64,000 nt of DNA from Stegostoma tigrinum (lineage: Eukaryota), in contig NC_081382.1 in NCBI RefSeq assembly GCF_030684315.1, positions 34,110,620-34,174,619 on the forward strand, read 5' to 3'. The notes under the pieces are model-generated. The model did no database searches, was not told the DNA's origin, and saw only the letters and a program-made list of their open reading frames with translations. This document shows positions 1 through 10,429 of this stretch, one piece after another. Both the position numbers and the translations under genes were made by a program. The first letter of the stretch is position 1; each line of letters begins with the position of its first letter.

Positions 1-458
1 CTTTATTATGAACGCTAATTACAGTCACATTAGCTTTGTGGTTATATTCCTTCTGGATTCATTCTGAAGCTACAGCTTTGAACTCCCATTCTATAATGTA
101 GAATTGAAATCCATATTCTCTGAATCTTGAAGTGACAAAATTGAAGCACTCTTATCAGGCAGATTTGGTTGGCAGTCCTTATGGGTATGGTGTAGATTGT
201 GGGAGATCAAAGCACCTTCCTATTTATGAAATTTTGTTTCTGGTAATGAGGAGTGTTTTGGTTAGGCTCTATAGACTAAGTTTCACTCCAAGGTCCTGAT
301 ATTTTCTTGGGGAAGAAATGAGGATTTGGAATTCACTCATTTGGATGGCTGTACTCAAAAGGTGACTTTTGACAATAATATGGCTGCTTGCAGGAACTGA
401 TTTCAGTTAAAGCCAGAAAGTGGGAAGCAGTTGAATTATGCTATGCCCAATATGGGTA

Positions 459-818
459 GGCAGTAGTTTGGTGGCATTAACGCTGGACATTTAATCCAGA
501 GACCTAGGTAATGTTTTGGGGAACCAGATTAGAATACCACCACTGCAGGTGATGGAATTTGAATCAATAAAAATAAATCCGGAATTAGGAGTCTAGTGAT
601 GAATCTAATCCATTATTGATTAGTGAATCAGATGGGTTTTTCCAAGAATGCCCCTTTTAGAAAAGGAAATCTGTCATCCTTATCTCGTCTGGCCTATACA
701 TGACTCCAGAACCGCAGCAATATTGTTGACTTTTAAGTGACCTTGGGCAACTGGGGATGGGAAATGAATGCTAGTCTAGCCAGTAATACTGTTATCCTGT
801 CAATGAATAAGAAAAAAA
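459..818 (+). mobile_element. Decayed SINE-like shark repeat with LINE-type 3' tail
   Basis: Ends ...gggcaactggggatgggaaatgaatgctagtctagccag...aatgaataagaaaaaaa. Related copies occur at ~7290-7465/8365-8430 (- strand, split by a PLE) and ~35000-35350. Family not named with confidence. Confidence 0.5.
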
Positions 819-869
819 CGATTCATAGCCTTATGGTGAATGAATCATCTCCTGACTCTTCAGACCTTC

Positions 870-1080
870 CAACATGTACGAAACACAACACATGAATTTG
901 ATAGAATACGTTCCACTTATCTGGATGACTGCCGGCCCAAAACATGACACACAATCCTGGGCAAAACCTCTCGTCTGAAATGTTCACTCTTCCAATGCAA
1001 GTCGCCTGTAAGAACAGGGCACAACATTCACAAGGTTCACTGTAGCAAACTACCAAGGATCCTTCAATTGTACCTACCAA
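870..1080 (+). mobile_element. Very old non-LTR retrotransposon ORF2 C-terminal remnant
   Basis: gaatacgttccacttatctggatg (EYVPLIWM) resembles the EY.P..W motif of CR1/L2-group RT C-termini. The same family is seen in reverse at 14820-16060. Confidence 0.4.
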
Positions 1081-1350
1081 ACAAGCAATCCATTTGGAAG
1101 AACATGGCAGCACGTGCATAGGGTCACTGCCAAAGTTACTGTCCACGTTACACAATACCAAGATTTGGAAAAATTTCACTTTCTTTTTTTTCCCCAATTT
1201 GTCACATGCATAGATCCCCCTACCTGATTGCACTTTTGGCATTCCTACATGACATGAATTGCAGTGGTTCAAGATGATGATCATCAAATTATCAGGGGTG
1301 ATCAGGGATAAACCAAATACTTGGTTTCCCAAAATTGGTTTACAAGACAA

Positions 1351-1365
1351 CTGTGTATGAAAGTA
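1351..1365 (+). repeat. Left target-site duplication of the PLE palindrome (ctgtgtatgaaagta)
   Basis: Identical 15-mer at 4239-4253 directly after the right arm. Confidence 0.88.
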
Positions 1366-2842
1366 ATAAAATGTGAGGCTGGATGAACACAGCAGGCCAA
1401 GCAGCATCTCAGGAGCACAAAAGCTGACGTTTCGGGCCTAGACCCTTCATCAGAGAGGGGGATGGGGAGAGGGAACTGGAATAAATAGGGAGAGAGGGGG
1501 AGGCGGACCGAAGATGGAGAGTAAAGAAGATAGGTGGAGAGAGTATAGGTGGGGAGGTAGGGAAGGGATAGGTCAGTCCAGGGAAGGCGGACAGGTCAAG
1601 GAGGTGGGATGAGGTTAGTAGGTAGCTGGGGTTGCGGCTTGGGGTGGGAGGAAGGGATGAGTGAGAGGAAGAACCGGTTAGGGAGGCAGAGACAGGTTGG
1701 ACTGGTTTTGGGATGCAGTGGGTGGAGGTGAAGAGCTGGGCTGGTTGTGTGGTGCAGTGGGGGGAGGGGACGAACTGGGCTGGTTTAGGGATGCGGTGGG
1801 GGAAGGGGAGATTTTGAAACTGGTGAAGTCCACATTGATACCATTAGGCTGCAGGGTTCCTAGGCGGAATATGAGTTGCTGTTCCTGCAACCTTCGGGTG
1901 GCATCATTGTGGCACTGCAGGAGGCCCATGATGGACATGTCATCTAGAGAATGGGAGGGGGAGTGGAAATGTTTTGCGACTGGGAGGTGCAGTTGTTTGT
2001 TGCGAACTGAGCGGAGGTGTTCTGCAAAGCGGTCCCCAAGCCTCCGCTTGGTTTCCCCAATATAGAGGGAGCCGCACCGGGTACAGTGGATGCAGTATAC
2101 CACATTGGCAGATGTGCAGGTGAACCTCTGCTTAATGTGGAATGTCATCTTGGGGCCTGGGATGGGGGTGAGGGAGGAGGTGTGGGGACAGCTGTAGCAT
2201 TTCCTGCGGTTGCAGGGGAAGGTGCCAGGTGTGGTGGGGTTGGAGGGCAGTGTGGAGCGAACAAGGGAGTCAGGGAGAGGGTGGTCTCTCCGGAAAGCTG
2301 ACAGGGGAGGGGATGGAAAAATGTCTTGGGTGGTGGGGTCGGATTGTAAATGGCGGAAGTGTCAGAGGATAATGCGTTGTATCCGGAGGTTGGTAGGGTG
2401 GTGTGTGAGAACGAGGGGGATCCTCTTGGGGCGGTTGTGGCGGGGGCGGGGTGTGAGGGATGTGTTGCGGGAAATATGGGAGACGCGGTCAAGGGCGTTC
2501 TCGATCACTGTGGGGGGAAAGTCGCGGTCCTTGAAGAACTTGGACATCTGGGATGTGCGGGAGTGGAATGTCTTATCGTGGGAGCAGATGCGGCGGAGGC
2601 GGAGGAATTGGGAATAGGGGATGGAATTTTTGCAGGAGGGTGGGTGGGAGGAGGTGTATTGGAATTTTTGCAGGAGGGTGGGTGGGAGGAGGTGTATTGG
2701 AATTTTTGCAGGAGGGTGGGTGGGAGGAGGTGTATTGGAATTTTTGCAGGAGGGTGGGTGGGAGGAGGTGTATTGGAATTTTTGCAGGAGGGTGGGTGGG
2801 AGGAGGTGTATTGGAATTTTTGCAGGAGGGTGGGTGGGTGTA
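1366..2842 (-). mobile_element. Penelope-like element (Neptune type), 5'-truncated; left arm of palindrome
   Basis: The minus strand encodes the RT thumb (YTSSHPPSCKNSIPYSQFLRLRRICS), a Cys-rich linker and a GIY-YIG endonuclease (NVVYCIHCTRCGSLYIGETKRRLGDRFAEH). One CGA>TGA stop near 2362. Pyrimidine-rich 3' UTR. Confidence 0.92.
1426..1453 (-). ncRNA. Minimal hammerhead-ribozyme-like motif in PLE 3' end
   Basis: Minus strand CUGAUGA-A-GGGUCUAGGCCC-GAAA-CGUC: conserved CUGANGA and GAAA boxes, stem II, GUC triplet. Confidence 0.6.
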
Positions 2843-2916
2843 TACACCTCCTCCCACCCACCCTCCTGCAAAAATTCCAATACACCTCCTCCCACCCACC
2901 CTCCTGCAAAAATTCC
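2623..2916. repeat. 38-bp G-rich tandem array at palindrome apex
   Basis: Unit ggaatttttgcaggagggtgggtgggaggaggtgtatt starts at 2623, 2661, 2699, 2737 and 2775, with a partial copy at 2813. Two inverted copies follow at 2843-2916. Symmetry centre ggtgta|tacacc at 2842/2843. Confidence 0.95.
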
Positions 2917-4238
2917 ATCCCCTATTCCCAATTCCTCCGCCTCCGCCGCATCTGCTCCCACGATAAGACATTCCACTCCTGCACATCCCAGATGTCCAAG
3001 TTCTTTAAGGACCGCAACTTTCCCCCCACAGTGATCGAGAACGCCCTTGACCGCGTCTCCCGTATTTCCCGCAACACATCCTTCACACCCCGCCCCCGCC
3101 ACAACCGCCCCAAGAGGATCCCCCTCGTTCTCACACACCACCCTACCAACCTCCGGATACAACGCATTATCCTCCGACACTTCCGCCATTTACAATCCGA
3201 CCCCACCACCCAAGACATTTTTCCATCCCCTCCCCTGTCAGCTTTCCGGAGAGACCACCCTCTCCGTGACTCCCTTGTTCGCTCCACACTGCCCTCCAAC
3301 CCCACCACACCCGGCACCTTCCCCTGCAACCGCAGGAAATGCTACAGCTGTCCCCACACCTCCTCCCTCACCCCCATCCCAGGCCCCAAGATGACATTCC
3401 ACATTAAGCAGAGGTTCACCTGCACATCTGCCAATGTGGTATACTGCATCCACTGTACCCGGTGTGGCTTCCTCTACATTGGGGAAACCAAGCGGAGGCT
3501 TGGGGACCGCTTTGCAGAACACCTCCGCTCAGTTTGCAACAAACAACTGCACCTCCCAGTCGCAAACCATTTCCACTCCCCCTCCCATTCTCTAGATGAC
3601 ATGTCCATCATGGGCCTCCTGCAGTGCCACAATGATGCCACCCGAAGGTTGCAGGAACAGCGACTCATATTCCGCCTGGGAACCCTGCAGCCATATGGTA
3701 TCAATGTGGACTTCACCAGTTTCAAAATCTCCCCTTCCCCTACTGCATCCCTAAACCATCCCAGTTCGTCCCCTCCCCCCACAGCACCACACAACCAGCC
3801 CAGCTCTCCCCTCTCCCCCCCCCCCCCCCCCCCCCCACCCACTGCATCCCAAAACCAGTCCAACCTGTCTCTGCCTCCCTAACCGGTTCTTCCTCTCACC
3901 CATCCCTTCCTCCCACCTCATGCCGCACCTCCATTTCCTACCTACCACCTCATCCCACCTCCTTGACCTGTCCATCTTCCCTGGACTGACCTATCCCCTC
4001 CCTACCTCCCCACCTATACTCTCCTCTCTACCTATCTTGTTTTCTCTCCATCTTCGGTCCGCCTCCCCCTCTCTCCCTATTTATTCCAGTTCCCTCTCCC
4101 CCATCCCCCTCTCTGATGAAGGGTCTAGGCCCGAAACGTCAGCTTTTGTGCTCCTGAGATGCTGCTGGGGCTGCTGTGTTCATCCAGCCTCACATTTTAT
4201 ATCTTGGAATTCTCCAGCATCTGCAGTTCCTATTATCT
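2843..4238 (+). mobile_element. Penelope-like element (Neptune type), 5'-truncated; right arm of palindrome
   Basis: Open frame to the stop at 3882: RT thumb, CNRRKCYSCPH linker, GIY-YIG (VVYCIHCTRCGFLYIGETKRRL). Complete 3' end ...ctccagcatctgcagttcctattatct. Confidence 0.93.
4113..4140 (+). ncRNA. Minimal hammerhead-ribozyme-like motif
   Basis: ctgatga-a-gggtctaggccc-gaaa-cgtc. PLE pseudo-LTRs are known to carry minimal type I hammerheads. Confidence 0.62.
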
Positions 4239-6562
4239 CTGTGTATGAAAGTATACATGGCACATTCATTCCTCCATGCTATTATTGAAACCTTGAAAAT
4301 TGAGAAAAGTGAGACTGTTTTTAGACCCACTGGTGCTTATGATCTATCTGAATTGGTATACAGTTAAGGAGTTAAGATGAACCAGGTTCTTGAGTTGGAC
4401 ATTTTCTTTGAAACACTGATTAGCGAGTTGTATATATTTTGTTTGGTTGAATTGCTGTTTATTTGCGAATCTGAAATGTATGTCTACAAAATATTGACAA
4501 TATAGTCAGCAAAACCTAGAAACGATGCTTAAAAACTTTTACCTTAATAACCCTCACTGTAATGCAATTGTCATGATTTGGGTCACCAAAGGGTCTTTAA
4601 AAGTTTAGACTTAGCTGCTGACGTACAAAAGTTTAAAAAGGTCCTGCTTCCTGATGATTCAAAGGAAGTTTAGGAAGAAGCTTGGCTCCAAAATACTGAG
4701 CTGAGACTTGATCGGATTGTAATGAAAATAAACTTCTAATTGTATCCAAGAATAAATAGTCTGTTAGTCACTGAATGCAGTCGTGTTAATATGTCTGCAC
4801 ATGGATATGCAGCGCTACGAATGCCATCTCAAGACTTGTTTTATGAGACTAAGTTTTGACTTTTTGATACCATTTTAAGAATAAATAAGATTTCAATGTA
4901 GTGTCATTACGTAACAGCCACAGGGTAGTTAATTTTATTAAATTTATTAGATAATGACTAGTGCTTTATTTTTCTTCTGTGTGCTTGTACACATGTAGCT
5001 TTACAGCTTTTTTTTTGAAACACACACACACACCCGTCACTTGTTTAGCACTCCCAATGTGTTCCTAAAAATTGATGTGCTAAACCGTAACATGCGAATT
5101 GAAAGTCACTTTCCCATAGGGTATGATGTAATATGCATTATGTTCCTGACAGCGACTAGTTAGGTCAATCAGCTAGATGCTTAGCATGTGGTTCAGAATT
5201 ATATGTGGGCTCAATTCCGATTCTGGCTGAGATAAGCCTTGTTATCTTGCTTCTTGCTCTCTTGATAGTTAAAGGCAAAAACTGCTCAACATAAAACGTT
5301 GACAATGAGCTAAAGACTTGCCTTTGGGTAGAGAGCACAAAAATGAATTAATGTTCCTGACATTCAGTTACTTTTGTGGTTTAAAACCTGCATGAAGTTA
5401 ACAGTCTCAAAATGCCTTTCAACATTTTACTTCTATGAACTTACTACTCTTACTAACTTAGCTGTTGTTTGCCATTCCCCTCCCCTCCCCCAAACCCCCA
5501 CTTTGTCCTGCTCCCTGTCTCCCACACTAAGTTGCTCCTTCCTGCTTTCTGCGCTTTTTCCTTTCAGTTGCTGCTTCCTTGTCACTCCATTCTCTACTTC
5601 CTATCCATTTTCATTACCATCAATTCCATTCCCCCTCCTGATCCTTCTTTGCCCTGCATATTGCTTGTCCCCTCCCTCCTGTTCACATCCATTCTCTCCT
5701 GATCTCCTCACTTCTTTCTTCTTGCTGCTACTCTCCCATGCCCTCACTTATTACCTCTGTCAAGATTCGCCTACTAGCTATGCGTCAGTGGGAGTGCAGG
5801 AGGCCAGGAGAGAAAAAATTAAGGTCAAATTTTATTAAATTATGATGCTAAATCATATTAATGACTAATACAAATATAAATCAAGTACCGGAAACACAGA
5901 ACAGAATATTCTGAAAATGCACACCTACTTCTTTAGAGATAAATCAATATTATTCCAGCTAATCCTTGAACCATATTTCTTGTGTCTCTTCCGGACTGTC
6001 CCTCCCCACTCCTGACTTTGTGTCTCTTTCTTGTGTTTACGCCCTCACTTTTTTTTCCTCTCTTTCTGTCTCTGGTTCTCTTATACTTTCTCTGCCTTTC
6101 AGTTTGAGAGATTAATTGACAGAATTTGGAAAATGCAGAGGCTTATAATTGATATACATATGGATATTTGGAATGTTTTACATAAAAGAAGTTGCAAAGT
6201 TAAATGTGCGCATACACCAGTGACATTTATTTGCTAGACACTGTCTTTTAATAATGCTGTTGTAAAAATAACTGGAAATAATTTGTTTAGTTAGACATAG
6301 GCAAGAAGTTTACTTTAAAATGATTTTATTAGAATTAAGAATCAATAAAAATGACCTCCAAGGTTATTATGGCTGTGTATTCTATCAAGGCATGCTAAGG
6401 TAACTAATCTAAATGTTACTCCATGTATTTGTGAAATAAGCTCTTCCATTATTCATAATTGCATCAGTTTGAAAAGTTTAATGCAAAGCTCAGATCAGTA
6501 AACGGTTGTCATGAGACTGTGTTTTAAAATTACGTGCATTGTTAAAGCTGTTTGTTTTGCAG

Positions 6563-6710
6563 CATTCCACAAAATCCTATGTGATACCCCAGGAAACAAG
6601 GAAACTTTCAAGTCTGGAAGAATTGAAGCTAGTTGAGGAAAACTGCAGTTCAGTTATTAGCTCAGTTAAGTTTGAAGAAGCTGGTGGAATAACAATAGAA
6701 CTGAAAAAAG
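6563..6710 (+). CDS. ENG: Endoglin-like gene, internal exon 1 in window (orphan region), phase 0>1
   Basis: tttgttttgcAG|cat...aaaaag|GTaag. HSTKSYVIPQETRKLSSLEELKLVEENCSSVISSVKFEEAGGITIELKK(G). Joins in frame to 14574. Confidence 0.75.
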
Positions 6711-7470
6711 GTAAGTGTGTAGAGAAATCTTAATAATAGAGTTTCTTGTTGATGTTTGTGGGGAACATGCACAAAGCAATGTAAAATGTTGCAATTTTTT
6801 AACATTAAGATTGTAGCAACTCATTAAAGTTCATAAATGTGGGTAAAATCCAAACGCTGAAGTGAAATATTTGCTTCATAATCAAGTGTATCTGTAATGT
6901 AAAAATATACATGAAAACTTAAAAATGTTGAACAGGTCAAAGCAAAAAGAAAAGGAAGTTTTAACGTTTTGGTTTTAACATGCTTCCTAACCTGGCTCTT
7001 GCATTTGAAAAATTACTATGTGTGCTCATGTAAAAGTTGAATTTGTGAAATGGGTTTTTTTTATAACAACATTCATGGTTAACTTTTACGTGAATAATAT
7101 TTGAAGAGTTGTTGTTTTGCACATTTGATTTGGACAACAGAAAAGCCCAAAAACAAACCATTGCAATGGAAGAAACTAAAAAGTCACTGCACTAAGATTG
7201 CACGGTAATCATCATTTATAATCTCATCACCTCAATTTGAGCAAATAAAACATTACTGAAACACGTTTTATGTACTTCAGGTACTCATTTCCTTTTCTTT
7301 AATTTTACGGGACGTTGCTGTTGCTGGCTCAGCCAGCGTTAATTGCCCATCCCCAATTTTTCAGAGGGCAACTAGGATATGTTACATTGTGTGTCTGAAG
7401 TTGCATGTCAGTCAAACCAGGTTAGGATGGCAGTAAACAAGATACTTCTTTTCACAACAATCAGCCTGGC

Positions 7471-8364
7471 TGCTCCACACTGCCCTCCAACCCCACCACA
7501 CCCGGCACCTTCCCCTGCAACCGCAGGAAATGCTACACTTGCCCCTACACCTCCTCCCTCACCCCTATCCCAGCCCCAAGATGACATTCCACATTAAGCA
7601 GAGGTTCACCTGCATATCTGCCAATGTGGTATACTGCATCCACTGTACCCGGTGTGGCTCCCTCTACATTGGGGAAACCAAGCGGAGGCTTGGGGACCGC
7701 TTTGCAGAGCACCTCCGCTCAGTTCGCAACAAACAACTGCACCTCCCAGTCGCAAACCATTTCCACTCCCCCTCCAATTCTTTAGATGACATGTCCATCA
7801 TGGGCCGCCTGCAGTGCCACAATGATACCACCAGAAGGTTGCAGGAACAGCAACTCGTATTCCGCCTGGGAACCCTGCAGCCTAATGGTATCGATGTGGA
7901 CTTCACCAGTTTCAAAATCTCCCCTTCCCCAACCGCATCCCTAAACCAGCCCAGTTCGTCCCCTCCCCCCACTGCACCACACAACCAGCCCAGCTCTTCC
8001 CCTCCACCCACTGCATCCCAAAACCAGTCCAACCTGTCTCTGCCTCCCTAACCTGTTCTTCCTCTCACCCATCCCTTCCTCCCACCCCAAGCCGCACCCC
8101 CATCTACCTACTAACCTCATCCCACCTCCTTGACCTGTCCGTCTTCCCTGGACTGACCTATCCCTCCCTACCTTCCCACCTATACTCTCCTCTCTACCTA
8201 TCTTCTTTTCTCCATCTTCGGTCCGCCTCCCCCTCTCTCCCTATTTATTCCAGAACCCTCTCCTCAACCCCCTCTCTGATGAAGGGTCTAGGCCCGAAAC
8301 ATCAGCTTTTGTGCTCCTGAGATGCTGCTTGGCCTGCTGTGTTCGTCCAGCCTCACATTTTATA
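7471..8364 (+). mobile_element. Penelope-like element 3' fragment (GIY-YIG + 3' UTR)
   Basis: Near-identical to the palindrome arms (ORF 7530..8051). Hammerhead-like motif at 8276-8303 (AUC variant). Inserted into an older SINE-like repeat with the short direct repeat aatcagc on both sides. Confidence 0.9.
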
Positions 8365-8439
8365 ATCAGCATTGTTTACCTGGTCACCGTTAGGCTAGCT
8401 TTTAATTCTAGATTTTTATTGACTTCAAAACTTCAACTT

Positions 8440-8760
8440 TTATTCACTTATGGGACGTGAGTGTTATTGGCTGACCAGCATTTTATTGCTCGTCACGTGT
8501 TGTCCTTGAAGAAGATGGTGAGCTGCTGTTTTAAACTGCTGCAGCCGATGTGCTGAAGGTAGACCCACAATGTCATTCGGCAGAAAAATTCACAATATTG
8601 ACCCAGCAACAGTGAAGGCATGACAGTATATTTCCAAGCCAGGATGGTCAGTTGCTTGGAGGACACTTGCAGGTGATGGTCTTCTCATATATCAGCTGCC
8701 CTTGTTCTTTTAGGTGGAAGTGGCCATGTGTTTGGAATGTGTTACGTAAGAATCTTTGGC
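8440..8760 (-). mobile_element. Old LINE 3' remnant
   Basis: Similar to 14820-15100 (tatatttccaagccaggatgg...gcaggtgatggt...ctgcccttgttctttt). Confidence 0.5.
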
Positions 8761-9027
8761 AAAAGTGGGATTTATACTCATCTTGGAACTTTAAACTCAG
8801 ATTATTAGTCCAGTGACCATATCACTGCCCCACTATCTGTCCAGTTGCACTTGAGAAGGTGGTTGTGAGCCACGATCTTAAACCATTCCAGTTCATCTTG
8901 TGTCCCATAGTGCTGTTAAGAAGTGTTACAGGATTTTTTTTTTAATCCAGTGACGGCGAAGAATACCTATCCAGTTTGGACTTAGGATTCTATGTCTGGT
9001 TTGTATTAAAACTTGCAAGTGCTGGTC

Positions 9028-9520
9028 ATAGAGCTGTGCAGCATAGAAACAGACCTTTCAGTCCAACTTGTCCATGCTAACCAGATATCCTAAATTAAAT
9101 AAATGGTCCCATTTGTCAGCATTTGACCCTTACGCCTCTAAACCCTTCCTATTCATATAACCATCCAGATGCCTGTTAGATGTTGTAATTGTACCTCTGG
9201 CAGTTCGTTCCATACATGCACCACCCTCTGCTTGAAAAAGTCCCTTTTAAATCTTTCCCCTCTCACCTTACGCCTATGCCCTCTAGTTTTGGACTCGGCT
9301 ACCCTGATGAAAAGACCCTCAAGAATTTATAAGGTCCCCCCTCAGCCTCTAGTGTTCCAGGGAAAATAACCCCAGCCTATTTACCTTCTCGCTATAGCTC
9401 GAAACCTCCAACCCTGACAATATCCTTGTAAATCTTTTCAGCACCCTTTCAAGTTTCACAACAACTTTGCGTGACAGGGAGACCAGCACTGCATGTACTA
9501 TTCCAAAAGTGGCCAGGCGT
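9028..9520 (-). mobile_element. CR1/HER1 LINE 3' fragment
   Basis: ORF 9349..9618 has KLERVLKRFTRILSGLE..SYSEKVNRLGLFSLE, a CR1 RT C-terminus. CR1-type 3' UTR at the left end. Confidence 0.8.
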
Positions 9521-9792
9521 TCTTGTAGAACTTGACAAATTGTTCGGAGACTCTGGAAACAGATCAATGATTTATTCTCCTGTAAGCAGGGAGAGTTAGT
9601 CTTATCTCCATGAAGCACAATACAAAATATGTTGGGTTACAGATGCCTCCTAACTTTATATAAAATATCACAATACTATCATTCCCACGTTTCTTTGGCC
9701 AGGTGTAAAGATGTTTTCATCTTCATTCACACTGTTTAAATTTTCTATTATATTGAAACCTGTGGCTAGTATCTGGGTGATTCCAAAATCTG

Positions 9793-10012
9793 AGATAATA
9801 AAATGTGAGGCTGGATGAACACAGCAGGCCCAGCAACATCTCAGGAGCACAAAAGCTGACGTTTCGGGCCTAGACCCTTCATCAGATAATGAAGGGTCTA
9901 GGCCCGAAACGTCAGCTTTTGTGCTCCTGAGATGCTGCTGGGCCTGCTGTGTTCATCCAGCCTCACGTTTTATTATCTTGGATTCTCCAGCATCTGCAGT
10001 TCCCATTATCAC
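9793..10012. mobile_element. Miniature hairpin PLE insertion
   Basis: Inverted 3'-end copy 9793-9885 and direct copy 9889-10012. 15-bp TSD tgattccaaaatctg at 9778-9792 and 10013-10027. Confidence 0.9.
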
Positions 10013-10429
10013 TGATTCCAAAATCTGGCAATCATTCAATCCAATCCACTATTTTGTGTTGTAGGTAAATGCTGCATTAATATTACAGAAATTACTGTTA
10101 TTTTGCCACTTTTTTTGTAAAGGCTAGCCCTCTCAGAACAGCACACCAGTTAGAACTAATCTATATGAGAGATACCTTAGGACAATGCAGCAGTTTAAAT
10201 GCTAGTACTGATCCAGAGAATCCCCATGTTGAATGTAATTAATCTTTTAAAGTATGTGATAGTAAATTCTTCCATGGAAGAATAAACTATTTTCTGAAAT
10301 TCTAATAAAGTCTAACCATGTGTCATGAAAGAGAGCATTACCATTTTTGGTTTTCATTCAAAAACTGTAATAGAAGCTCCAATTTTCTTCACTGTCCAAC
10401 TGATGAGCAAGCGTAAGTGCTTCCTCAAG

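Noticed and set aside
823-1407. 194-aa minus-strand ORF
   Set aside because: It starts in the PLE 3' UTR and runs antisense through a decayed LINE remnant; no recognisable protein features.
2623-2916. CRISPR-like array of 38-bp repeats
   Set aside because: The units are contiguous with no spacers, derive from the PLE ORF, and lie in vertebrate DNA with no cas genes.
2350-3882. 510-aa ORF as a novel gene
   Set aside because: It is a by-product of the palindrome: the antisense left arm and repeat array read into the true PLE frame of the right arm. The mirrored ORFs on both strands have the same cause.
1366-4238. Palindrome as a fold-back sequencing or assembly artefact
   Set aside because: The arms carry independent substitutions (including a stop in one arm only), have different 3' extents, and are flanked by a TSD with unique sequence beyond. 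Read-level confirmation is still advisable.
5374-5838. 154-aa hydrophobic ORF
   Set aside because: Low-complexity C/T-rich tract; composition explains the absence of stops.
9793-10012. MITE / TIR DNA transposon
   Set aside because: The arms are PLE 3' UTR sequence and asymmetric (34-nt tail), and apex position and TSD length vary between copies.
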